A stretch of DNA of 63,538 nucleotides, the filler included, from Conidiobolus incongruus B7586 (lineage: Eukaryota), in NCBI GenBank assembly GCA_000697335.1. It is 7 parts of 7 records of this genome, joined end to end, with 100 filler letters (N's around TTAATTAATTAA, not from the genome) between each part and the next. Parts side by side here need not be neighbours in the genome. Positions count along the whole stretch, not along the records: positions 18,084 to 35,487 come from JNEM01006331.1; positions 35,588 to 50,074 come from JNEM01006333.1; 5 more parts are not named here. One strand, written 5' to 3'. The notes under the pieces are model-generated. The model ran no database searches and had not been told where the DNA came from. It saw only the letters and a program-made list of their open reading frames with translations. The translations under genes were made by a program, and so were the position numbers. Of this stretch, positions 25,230 through 38,400 are shown piece after piece; the first letter of the stretch is position 1; every line of letters begins with the position of its first letter.

Positions 25230-26913
25230 TTAAATTTTGTAACCAAATTGACTCATAGAATACTTGTAGATTTTGGGTTGTGAATGGTAATCAAACATTA
25301 AGTATTCTATCTCCAAGTTCATCATATCTTCGTCCAATTGCGTCAGCTCTTGATGCGTTGGTAGTTGGTTGATAAGACTAGTATCGAACTGGAAGTTACT
25401 GCCTGCAGATGAACTGGAGGGAGATATTGACGAATTCCTACTAGATAGAGTAAATTTACTCTTTGTGGAAGTGGTTGAAGTAGTCGACAATCTAGCAGTA
25501 TCTATTGTAGTCATCATGGAGAATGACTTCTGACGTCTCTTATTTTTTTTCTGCTGGAATTTGAGGTTTTCATCGAAGATCACATTTTCAATCTCATAAA
25601 TATCATCGTAATTACACTGGTTCAAATCAGGTTCGTACGGCGATTCAATTTCGCGATTGAGTAACGCGTTATTCAATTGTATGTTACGCAACCATGGGTG
25701 ATTCATGAGATTTGATAGGCCATTAGGACCCGCACCCAATCGTTCAGCGGGGTTTTTGCATAATAATCCGGAGAGGAACGATTTGCAATCTTTGGTAATG
25801 CGGGCATTTGTGGGGAATTTTAATTCATTGTATAGAATTGATTCGTACAGGGTTTGACTTCCGCTTTGATCAAATGGTTTCTATTAAAATACATTAATTA
25901 TGGACTCTTTAAAACTACATAGTAATAATTACTTTGCCAATTAGTATTTCATAGAGAGTGACTCCCATACTCCACCAGTCCACAGCTTCATCATAACCGG
26001 ACTTACTGATCAGTTCAGGTGCTGCAAATATAAATATGGTTAAAAACAAAGAACAACGGTTTGAGAAAACAGCGATTACCCATGTAATGAGGCGTTCCAA
26101 CGTGTGCTGTGAGTAAGGGATCTGTGTTTTTATGATAGCATGCTACATTGAAGTCTGATAAATTCAAATAACCTAAAATCGGTGAAATTAATACGATATT
26201 CAGGGATCAATAAACAATAGAATATTACCATTTTCGTCAATAAGCAGGTTGTCAGGCTTAATATCCCTATCATATGATATGAGTCTGATATTGTATATAT
26301 GGCATTGCGTATTTAATTACCTATGAATAATATGTCTAGAATGGATATAACTGATGACTAAAATTAATTGCGAAGTCCAAAATCGTACCACTTCCTCTTC
26401 CGCATTGTCGAATTGTGTCAAAAAGAACCTCAAATCGCCCCCGAGCATCAACTCGGTCACTAGATAAAGGTATTTCTCATCCTGGAATGAGTACTTAAGA
26501 TTAGTCAAGAATGGATGTTGTATCGATTCAAGAATGGATCTCTCCTTAATAACATTGCTGCACGCTTTCATACCAATGATTCTCGACTTATCCATATATC
26601 TTAATGTGAAGCGCTTTCCTGTTACTTTATGTTGCACCATATGAACCTATATAATAATGATTAATATCAACACATCTTAAGAATATACATAATGCATAAT
26701 TACTTTGCCAAAGGTACCCCTTCCAATGGTGTTTAAAATATAAAAATCATTCAAGTTGACTATCAAAATAAGAATTAATACGAATTAGAAACCTGGATTT
26801 GAGTATAAATTACCATGCTTATTCTTCCACTTTTTCCTCTGGTAACTGAATACCATCTTCCTCAAACTACTTTTAAAGTTCCAGGTATTAGGAGTTTCCG
26901 TTGTTGCAGACAT
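25230..26913 (-). CDS. AGC-group Ser/Thr kinase, STK32/YANK-like, multi-exon; beta-3 Lys replaced by Arg
   Basis: IGRGTFGKV, HPFLTNLKYSFQD, LMLGGDLRF, HR|DIKPDNLLID, SDFNVA (DFN typical of STK32/YANK), GTPHYM|APE, VDWWSMGV and an AGC tail SPYEP..NYD. Confidence 0.88.
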
Positions 26914-28650
26914 TGTGAAATATGAAAAACAATCAAAACAATAGAGAAATATGAGGACATGATCCTGTATTTAAACCAATCGAATTTACACCAATAAAAA
27001 TAATAAGATAATTGAAATTAAGGTGAATCCAAAATATTAAGATTGAACTAAATTAAGGAGTTGGACATTTGTCAATCGACATAAATAGCAATTCTAGTGC
27101 AAATCCACTTCAATTATTTACTTCTAATAAGTTTAAACCCAATCAAATACACAATCACAGCTTCAATATTAGTTAACTCAATCTTGGTATTTTCTTAAAA
27201 CTTTGATAGTCTTAACTGGCAGTTATTTAACGACAGTTAGAAAATATGGGGTAATTACAACCATTGTTCAGAATTATATCATTTTCACTATCATCATTAT
27301 GACAATAAATAAATTTAATAATATTAATAGCACTGGATCTATTTAAATATAATTTAAAAATAAAATTTCAAGCTAAAATTCAATTTCAGGTACGCAGTAA
27401 ATTGCCCTATTAGATTTTAGGGACTTGATTGAAATCCTTTGGATTCAGGTGATTTCAAAATATTTAAAATTATATCAATTTACTTAGGAAAAAATTTACT
27501 TGTTTATGGTATTTAGTAGTTGACAATGATTGGCTAATTGGGTAAATTCTTCGAAAGAATTCTCCAAGTTGGATTAGCTCCTACCCCCACATCGCTTTTC
27601 TAGTACTACTAAATCTGTTAAATTTAACAGTTTTTATTGTTATTATAATTTGACTTGATATTAATAGATAAAGATTTATTTTATTGATGATAACAATTTA
27701 TCAAAATATAAAATAAAAATATATCCAAAATAATATTAAATAAACTCTTAATCATATTTTTTTGACATTTGATATGTTTGTTAATTTTGAGTGATCAAAC
27801 CAAAATTCATATTGATTAATTGACTCTTATATCATCATATTCGTCATAACCTAGAAAAAAATGATCATTAAACTGGTCTTTATATTAATAAATATATTAG
27901 GTTTAACCTTATTAATTATATTTAATTTCAGCTATAAATTTTTAAAATTGGTTGATTGTAATATAAATAGGGAAATTAAACAAATTGTGAAATATTAAAC
28001 TATTTAACTTTTTATTAATAGTTATGATTTAATATTAAAATTGAGTGCTGAATATCTGCAAATTAAATGACATAAATGATATAAATAATATAGTGTTGGT
28101 TTAAAGTTAAGAAAATAATATTTTGGTATGGATTCCGCATAATTCCTAATAGTGTTATTAAGATTGAATCCTAAACTTTGTGCTCAAAATTGTGGGCTTT
28201 TGGTCTATATTTAAATTAGTCAAAAATTATAAATAACAAATTCAATGAATTTACATAATTTATTAAAATAAATATCTATATTTATTCCAAAATTACAAAA
28301 AATCCTATATATTAATTTATAATTATCTGAATGGATAAATTATTCAGCAAATAATCAAATTTATTAATTTGTGTTTGAATGTGAAAAAAATATACAATAA
28401 AACCAACAAATATAATCAAATAATATAATTTTTTAAATAATTAATCAAGTCCATAGCAGATATCTTGGTATTTTTGTTTATTATTCATATTAGTTAATAA
28501 AATATGATCAAATTTTTAACTGAGAAATATTTGCAGATATATCTTTTTGAATCCAAAAATCCCATAATTACCCTTATTTATGGTGCATTTATTATTTAAT
28601 CAAGGCCATTTAAAGAGTTCAATTTCTACTGAATCTAAAAGCCAAAAAAA

Positions 28651-29931
28651 ATGTCGACGAAAACTGATATGAACAGCACAACAAAAAGGTCACTAGAGTA
28701 CGCTGAAAATGCAAAACTAGATAATAAGCAGATAATATCTATAGCTGAGGCTAATAAACAAGTGATAAAAATACCTAAAAGTTTATTCAATTTTGAACCT
28801 ATCGAATATAATTTAAAATTTGTATCCGATTTTATTTTTAAGTATTTGGATAGACCTAATTTAGAAGTAATATTAAAACCATACATCTTGTACTTATTTG
28901 TTTATAATGTTTTTAGATTGAAGCTAAATTAGGTATTATTATCGATAAAGAAACAAGGCAGAGAATCCGATTTCCTACTATGAGTGAAGTTGGTAAATTT
29001 ATAAATATCTTATTAAATACCATTATAATAAATCAATATTTTAATTTATATAGTTTTAACAGATGATTTTAATAGTAGAATAAGATTTGAGTCAAATATG
29101 ACAGAAGTAATATATATCTATAATTCAATGATTATATATTTATATAAGATCAGTTTCAGCATAGACATTTTAATCAATTGTTAAATTTTCAAGTGGAACA
29201 ATCTAGAAGTGAAAATTATAGAGTAATCCATATAAATGTATCAATCATACAATATTTATAATTAATCATTATTAGGGAACACCTATTACATATGAACATT
29301 TAAGACAGACTGATTCTTTCTATACGACTGAAAAAAATGAAAGTATTAGAGTTACAACTGATCAAAAGACAAAACAAGTAATATTTAATTCAAATATAAC
29401 TTTCATCAATTATTATATTTAGTGATATATAGATCATACCTGGCGGTATTATTACAAAATCTAGGATTGCCAATTTGAATATTCATTCTCCAACCACTAA
29501 ATTGGATTTTAGAATTTCTTTAAATACTGAAACACCAGGTAATTTATTTTATTACTATTATTATCGTAACATTTTAATGTATTAATTGATTTATATAGTG
29601 AGAGAAAAACCTTCTGGAACGCCTCAAAATACTCGACATAAGGATCGATTAAGTTACACTCACGAATTAATTATAGTTGATTTAACCCAAGTGAAATCTG
29701 AAAATGTAATTTAACAAATAATAACCAAATTATATTTACTAATTTATCTTTCAATAGGGATATAACCAACCTTCTAAGGATGTGATGCACGAATTAGAGA
29801 TCGAATTTTTAAACACTAAAGAATTAGTCAAACAAAAGCACTTAATTCGGTCGAATTTACCCAATCAATATTTAAATATTATTCAAAATTTTTTAAATAA
29901 TATTAGAATATTATCACAGAAATCTATTTAA
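28651..29931 (+). CDS. CET1: mRNA-capping RNA 5'-triphosphatase (Cet1/Pct1-type triphosphate tunnel metalloenzyme), ~8 exons
   Basis: The spliced product has motif A LE|IEAKLG, RFESNMTE, RVTTD, DFRISLNTE, RHKDRLSY, VDLTQV and motif C HELEIEF. Confidence 0.9.
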
Positions 29932-29975
29932 AATTTAATAAAATGATCTCTTGAATGGTGATTTTTGGTTAGTGA

Positions 29976-30953
29976 TTATTCGTCATTGTCGGTGAATTTG
30001 GATTCTGTAGAGGACTTTTTGTGCTTTCTCTTGCGCTTTTTGGGATTGGGAGTTGTTGATTGATTAGGGTTTTTGGTGGGAGTAGTTGAGGATTGACCAT
30101 TTGAATTTGATACAGTTTGAGATGGATTAACTCTAGGAGTGGGGGCAGGAGGAATAGGTTTAGATTTCTTCTTAACCGACAAAGGATTGGGACCCTTAGC
30201 CTTCTTCTTTTTAGGCAAAAACTGCGGTTGTTCTTGATTTACCTTCAACTCAAATTTCTTTTCCATAAGCTTCAACTCAGCATTATTCACTGAGTTCTTT
30301 TTCTTTTCTTGTTCATTCAACTTATCTTTGGTGAGTTGATTTAAAGGGGCCATAATTAAAATGCCTTTGAAAATTGAGAAGGATGGCGTTCCAACGCAAT
30401 TGGATTGAATTTCATTATTTAATTCTTGATCACTACTTAATATAATATACTTGGATGGGTTATTCTTTTCTATAAATAATAAAATAAACATCATTGAGTA
30501 TATTACATAATTTTTTCAAATTTACCTATATGAGCTAAAATACAATCTTTTGAGCTAGTTTTTGTATGATTACACTTTCTATTAAATAATTTTAGAGCTT
30601 CATAACTTTCATTAAATTTGTTAAATAATTTTAATTTTTTTAATTCGGAAGAGATACAACTTGAACTAACTAAAAAATAAGATTAATTTAAATAAGTTAG
30701 AGTTATGTTTTTAGGTATTACTCAGTTTAAAATGGCTCCCAATAATTTCTTCCATTCTATCTTTTAAATTGATTTTCATATTTAGACAATGCTCAATAAA
30801 TTGAGGTTCAACTAAAAACCAAATCAATGAATATAAATTCTAAGATATGGTAATGTTATTGTTACCCAATAATTTATATGGTGACTTAAAGTTGAGTGCG
30901 GTTTGATAGATATTAAATTCTTTTTTGTATCCTTTAATTCTTTTTGCTTTCAT
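29976..30953 (-). CDS. UTP23: rRNA-processing protein Utp23 (degenerate PIN domain, basic tail), 4 exons
   Basis: N-terminus MKAKRIKGYKK..F..PYKLL, RKCNH..KDCI, NPSKYIILSSD and the diagnostic KKKKAKGPNPLSVKKK, with tail KKRKRKHK. Confidence 0.9.
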
Positions 30954-33900
30954 CTTGAATCATTTATAAGGTTAATGAATATATAAAAATCAATTTATAA
31001 AAAATATATTTAGTTCCATTATTGTGGGATTCTTCTTTTGTTACATCATTCATATTCCAAACTGATTATATTGTGGATTTAGTTACACCTAAATAAATCT
31101 ATTATAATTAAATAACTTTCAATATTTCTATATTAATTATTATTCAATATCGATATATAAATATATTCTAGGAATTTAATATAATTTCAATCCTAATTCA
31201 TCAGAATTGAAATAGTGATATATCCTATTACAAATTGGTGACTATAAGTAATTTCAAATTTTGATCAGAAAAAATCAAAATACTGCTAATCTTGTTGTAT
31301 TTTTTAGAAGTAATTTTAGGTATAAAATTTATAATTTATCTTATCCTCAAGGTTAAAATCTTCAATTTATTCAAATAAATACATTTGTTACCTAATTAAT
31401 ATATCTTAATCAAATCACTCATATTAAATATTTTTTTTTTCTAAATTATAAATCAAAGTTATACTTTTAATTAAAATTAAATTTTCAAACTATTTTATAT
31501 TTTATTGATGATGAATTTAACAAGATTATAGTTACAATATTATGAAATGATATAAAAGCCCTTTGGGTAAAGTTATTTAATTATTTGAGAGATTATTTTA
31601 TTAGTTTGATATATATAGTAACTTTAAAAACAAATTATAAAATCAAACTCATTTATATTTTTTAAGTAACCTAATTGACTCTGAAATATATTAACTTATA
31701 CTAAATTATATAATCAAGAATAAATATTTATTAATAATAAAATATTTTTTTATTATATTTGATTAACTACTAGTTATAATATCAAACCTTAAAATTGATA
31801 TAAATTTTAAATTTTTAAGTTATAATCATAATGAAAAATTTAAATTTAATATTTTTACCTATTAATTTTATAATTATGTTAAAATAATTATACATAAATT
31901 TAAATAGCTACTTATATCAAAAATGAGAGATTTAATATTAAACTCCGATAATATATTTTAAAATTTATTGAAATTTAATATGAAAGGAAAAGCTTTAATA
32001 ATTTTTTTAATTAATATTAAAAAATTTAATTTAAATTAAAAAATTGCAAAGACTATATTATAACTATTATTTTATTATTTTTATATTATTTATCATAAAG
32101 ACTATAATATAATGATAGGTGTTATAATATTAGAAAATAATATCTCAATTGTTTATTTTATATTACTTAATTAATCTTTTATTATGTTAAAAATTATTTT
32201 GATATATTATATTATTAATACCTTTGTTAACCTTATAAAACTATTTTGGATTTTAATATAGTATATATTTTTAACATATACTTAACTTGTTTTTATACAT
32301 TTAACTTAAAAAATTAAATTTTTATAAAGTCATTTTTGTTTTTTAAAAATATTTAATTGTTTTAATTAATTTATTGAAATATATCAATTATTTAATATAA
32401 TAAAAATGCTATTTAACTTGAATTTCATTTTAATATTAATATTTAAAAGTCTAAATATATAATAGAATATTTTAATTTAAAATTTTTTTTCTAAAATATA
32501 AATGATATTTAATTAGATATAATATATTTATAGTTCTATTAATATTAATGAATGTTGAAATATAGTGTAATCATTATTGTTCCACTTTTATCCTAATATT
32601 ATATTTAAAAATATTAACTAACCCTTGGGCATCATTCTTATTATTCATATTTATAATACTAATATATTCATATTCAAGCTAAAATCAGACTTAATATTAT
32701 TTTTAATAACTTTTTTTAAAGAACTCGCTGATATTAGTAATTCGAACAATATTATAAGCTATTCAAGTTCTATTATAAAGTTCATCGATATTTAGTTGAT
32801 TTTAATTAATAAAAATCTAAATAACATAATATGAATAATAAAAGTGTAAAAAAATAATAAAATAATATATATAAAGCAATAAGATATAGGTTGTGTTATA
32901 TATTATTTTAACTTATAAATTTATATATATATATGTCTTATCTTAGTTAAACTTTATGATTTAATATCCCAACCAATGATCAATTAAGTATAGTGAAATA
33001 TAGTTTATTTTAACCAAATAATGAACTAAAACTATATAATCTAGTTCAAGTTCATTTAATTAAATTTACAACAGAAGATATAATCGAAATTGGTTTTATC
33101 ATTTATATTGGTAAGTTAGTGTAATTATAATTAAATTTGGTATTAAAATATTTAAATATAAAATAGTTTAATACAAAAATTTTATATATTAAATATTTAT
33201 ATTATAAAATATTAACATTCTGTCAAGACCAATTAGATAGGTGTTAACTTTTGGCTTTGGTAACCATTGAAAATGTTTTCCAAACATATTCAATATAGGG
33301 AAAGCAACCAAAATGCTAATAGGTTTACATAAGAAATTAACCTGAGTGCTAATTGATAGCCTAAATATCCAACAAATTAGACCTGAAAATAACACACAGA
33401 AAAAACAAGTCACATTTATATTCATAGGGAGTGAAGTAAGGTAATAATGACCCGCGGTGTTATCTTATCGAAGTCAACTAAAAATTTAGTTCCACATCAT
33501 AATTATTTAATTTATTTTAGTATAATGAATAGATATTCTACTTGAAGTTGCCTACTTCAAGCTGAAGGTTAATTATGATAATATAATGAGTTCAAAGACT
33601 ATTAATCATATGGTAAGATATAAAAAGTGTTTTCAAGTTGGATTTTGGTTTGTAAATTAAGGTTGCCGATTTTAATACTGAATCAGCTAAAATAAATCAT
33701 GACTTGATTAATAATCATCATGAATATATATCATTAACTATGAGTTATTTCAAAGTATAAAGGAGTTATGATGTGACACATTTATATTTATTTCATATAT
33801 ATTTTAATATATAAAATTAATATATATATATATATATTTGAAAACTAAAGAAATTCATAGATTTTTCATTAATTTATTTGCTTACTAATAATTTGATAAG

Positions 33901-34498
33901 TATATACTAATCAAAAAAATTAAAATAATACTAATAATAGCCAATATATATCAGTTTAATATATATAATATTTTGTAATAAATTATTTCATGAAAAAATA
34001 GTTAAGAATAAATGAATTTTAATTTTATATAGAGTAGATATTAAATTATAGACTATATTATAGAATTATTAACTTGAATGATTTTGAATAATGATAAAGT
34101 TTATATCAAAATATTTATACTCAAAATCCTTGATAAAAAAAGTAGAAATAATATTGATATTTATTATTAATTAATATAAAAGGCAAAGAAATTATAAAAA
34201 TTAAATCAGATTAACTAAACTAGTTCAATAAATAAATTACTCTATCGTTTTCTTATTTTAAAATGTTATTTCCTTTATCTTGCAAATTATAATTGTATTT
34301 TATATTATTTTAGTATTATATTAGTTTTATAATTCTGAATAAAATTAAACCAACTTATAATTTATAATTATTAAATTAAATATATGTAAAAAAATCATAT
34401 CTTTAAAATAAATATTTTGATAACTAAGATTTTATTATAATTTAGCTCAAAAATTTAAAATTCAAAATATAACTTTTTTAAAAATTTATAATAATATT

Positions 34499-34874
34499 TG
34501 TTAAAAGACTAGTTCTCTAAATTCTTACATATATTCATTTATAATTCAATTGACTATAAATTATATAACTAATTTATACTTTTATAAGTAAATTAACTTT
34601 ATTAATAGCATTGAAATATTTAATAAACAAGGTTCCTCTTTTTTCTTTTAATTTTTATAATCTAATTTTTTTATATTATTTCTTAGGTTAAAACTATATT
34701 ATATTAATATTATAGCATATTAGCACTACCTGATATAAATCCTAATATACTAGTGACTCATTTGTGTTTGAAGCTTAATTAAACTTTGTTTACATTTCCA
34801 TATTATATTGCCACATTATTTTAATATTAAGTCTTCCTTTATATTATTTTGGTATTATTACCATTATACTGATA
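34499..34874 (+). mobile_element. Solo LTR (Gypsy family G)
   Basis: Starts TGTTAAAAGACTAGTTCTCTAAA and is homologous to the copies at 46764, 49448, 57118 and 61960. Flanks are ATATT/ATATC. Confidence 0.8.
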
Positions 34875-35099
34875 ATATCTTTGATAATTTGATTAAAATT
34901 AAATTTAAAAATCAATTCATTTCTTTGAAATATATTGGTTTCTAATAGCAAATATTATTTGAGCATTATTTATTTTGTTTTAAATATTAATCAACAAAAT
35001 TAAACTATTTAATATTAAGTTTTTTAATTTATCCACTATTTTTCTTATTTCCAATTAAAGTAATATTATCAATTTAATATAGTTTTCAAATGTTATTTA

Positions 35100-35487
35100 T
35101 TAGTGCAGAAATTAAGTAATGGCACAATTTTAAAATTAAAATTAAACAAATAAATTAATAAATAATATATAAAAATTAATGAATAATATAAAATTAATAG
35201 CCTCCTTTATTATTAATAACTCTTTTCTATACTTTTGGTAAGCTTCTAATACCTAAAAAACAGTTCTTTTTATTAAGGACTGAAATTTGATGTTTCACAA
35301 ACCAATTTAATTTGTTTGTAGGAATTTTTTTTCCTGCAAGCTGTTTTTTTAATTGTCTAAAACAATTATAATCATATAGATTATAATCAGGTGAATATAC
35401 TAGATGTGGTAACTCCCCCCAATTTTTTTTATATAAAAAATCTTTTACAGCTTTAGCTTTATGTATTTTGCAATTATCATGCAAAAT
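35100..35487 (-). mobile_element. Mariner (DD34D) transposase C-terminal fragment with right TIR, cut by a gap
   Basis: LHDNCKIHKAK...ELPHLVYSPDYNLYDYNCF has 34 residues between the second and third Asp. Terminus TA|TTAGTGCAGAAATTAAGTAATGGCACAATTTT. Confidence 0.88.
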
Positions 35488-38400
35488 NNNNNNNNNNNNN
35501 NNNNNNNNNNNNNNNNNNNNNNNNNNNNNNNTTAATTAATTAANNNNNNNNNNNNNNNNNNNNNNNNNNNNNNNNNNNNNNNNNNNNGTTATCATTATTT
35601 AATCTTCAAATTAAACTGAATTATTAATAAATTTTATAATATTTTTTTAAATATAAAATTCTTTTAATATAATTTATCAATAATTATTACTCTATCAGAT
35701 AAATATAAAATATATATAAAGTTATAACAAATTTTGGAATTTTAAATGATAAGATAAATTACCTGATTTAATATATTCAATAGATTATAGCATATAATTA
35801 TAATTACTTTAGGTAATTAAAAAAATCAATTTTTATGAAAGAAAATTTTCATAAACAAATTTAATTGGTTGATAAAATATTAAATTTCGATTTAAAGAAT
35901 TGTTGTTGATTGTTAAAGGTTTGCTAAAAATATAAGAAAGCGTGATTAATAATAAAAGAGAGAGTTGATTTTGTATTATAAATTTATTTTTCAACTTATA
36001 TATTAAAATCTCTTTTCTTTTCTAATCTTGAAAAATCCTTATTATTTAAAAAATTTAAGTAAAAATTGGGTTATTCAAAATATAGTTTGAAAGATTTTAT
36101 AGTTAATTTAAATAATATCATCAAAATTAAATGTAAATTAGGTGAAATAATTAGCGTTATCAAATAAAAATCAAATTTTTTCAAATTTGAAAATCTACTA
36201 TCATATTTCAAAAGTTATAAATTATATAAAATTAATTTAAATAGCTGTACCAATCATTGATTATTATAGACTATTTATTAAATATATAAAAATATATTTT
36301 CCCTAAATGTGGTAATATCCAATAATTTATCTTAATTGAACTTTATTGTATAACTTTTTTTCCCAATATTATTCGATAATATAAATTTTCTGATCTCATA
36401 TATATTGTATTTTTAAATTTACTCAACCTATTTAAATATAAAATCGATCAATGATGTGTTGAAAATTATATATTAAGTCTGAGATGCAATGCCTCATCCA
36501 ATAACATAAATATGCTCCTTTAGCAATTGAATTTCAAAGTATCTATGAATTAATATTCTTAAAATATATCTTAAATTTGATTGAATACAAATGATTTCAT
36601 AATTACAAAATTAAGTTGAACCTGATCTATTTGCAAAATATCGATCAGCTCAATGCAAAAAATTCGATTGAAATGGAAATCATTAATATCCCAAATGGGT
36701 TTTTAATTGAAATTAAATTAGGATTAATAAAAGTTGATTGGTCCCACACCAAAATTGACTTTACTTCTTTATATAGATTATCTATTTACTAAATTTGTAA
36801 ATATCAAATATATTTGAATTATACAGTGTTTAAATTAAAATTAAGGTAGTATAGCTGAATTTAATGATATATATATTTATTAAAGATATTATATAACATC
36901 TATAAATCGACTCTGGTATTTTCCTATATTCCTCTATATCTCAGATTTATTAATATCTCAAACTTAATAAAACATTAACAATTTAATATGTTTAAAATTA
37001 TTAGTTAAATTGTAATATTCACCTCATCAAATTTTTAATTAATAATTTTCGATCGTTACTAATTTTTAGGATCGCCCAAAATGAAAACCATTTATTAGGT
37101 TTAATCGTAATTAAAGAAGATTTAAATATGGAATTTATCCTCATTTATGCTTTGATTAGAAACTAATCTCAAAATTATAGAAATAATTAAATTACTCATT
37201 TACCTTTGTTAGAGAAAAGCCTCTTAACAGTTTGCTGAACCTAGTCAGAGTCATTACTTTTTAATCGAAATTATATTTATTTTAAGACTTTATATTATAT
37301 AGTATACCAAAATAGTTTTTTCATATTAAAATAATATTCTAATAATTGAAACAATTAATTTAAATTCATTTTATCATTCTTATGTCATTTATCTACTTTA
37401 TTTTAATCCTCAAAATAACTCTAATTCCTTGATAAATTTAATAATCCAATTAACCAACTGAATCAAAAATAACAAATATTTAAAATTAATTTAATATCAA
37501 CTTTACAGCAATAATGTTCAACATTCATTATTAATAGGAACTGTTTTGGATTACTTTAATTAGTACTTCAAATTAATCAAAATATATGAATGATTTTTAT
37601 AATCAACAGTTCTTTATTATAAGATATTTAGTTAAATAAAAATCATCATAATTTTGATATATTTCACAATATATCATGTTTGCTAAAAGCATTCGAGTAT
37701 ATCACAATATTATCATTGTTCATAAATATAATAATAAAATTGAATATGTAAAAATACTTAGTATACTAAAGATCATCCCAGATTTTCAATTTAACAACAA
37801 TAAAACAGTTTGGAATACTTGATTTTTTAAGCTTTCAAAGCCCCAAGAATAACTTTGGATAAAAAATCTAATGACGTAGTATCTGGAAAAATAATTAACA
37901 ATGAACTTGAAATATATTCTGCAATGAATAATTTTACTAATTTAATAACAAATGATAGCTAGAGTGATTTGAGTAAAGAGCTGAAAGCACCATATTCACA
38001 TCATATTATTACCAAATTGTAAAATTAAATACATTATCCTCAATCAATATAATATGGATAGATAGACTATCAAAAATAAAATATATTTGAAATTATTTCA
38101 AACTAAATATTTCTAATATGCAAGCATTAAATATTGTGATAAATATTAAATAAATAATAATAATATATAACCGCAAAATATTTTGAGATATATCGGTTAT
38201 CAATATTATATTCTAATAACATATCAAAGCAACGTATAAACATAAATCAATATTAGTTTGATAAGTTACAATTTCAAATTATCAAATTTGAATCAAGAGA
38301 TCAATATAATCAATTTAGATCGAAAACAAATATAAAATATTTAAATATATGAAATATTTCTACATTTTAATACCCGATACAACGGTTGGAGCCCTAAAAG

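Noticed and set aside
31700..32520. Extremely AT-rich tract that may be another eroded transposon (also 18084-18560 and 50175-50520)
   Set aside because: No convincing motif or alignment to other copies could be established by eye.
33189..33425. 78-aa hydrophobic ORF, possibly a membrane-protein fragment
   Set aside because: No recognisable family, flanking exons or supportable splice structure.
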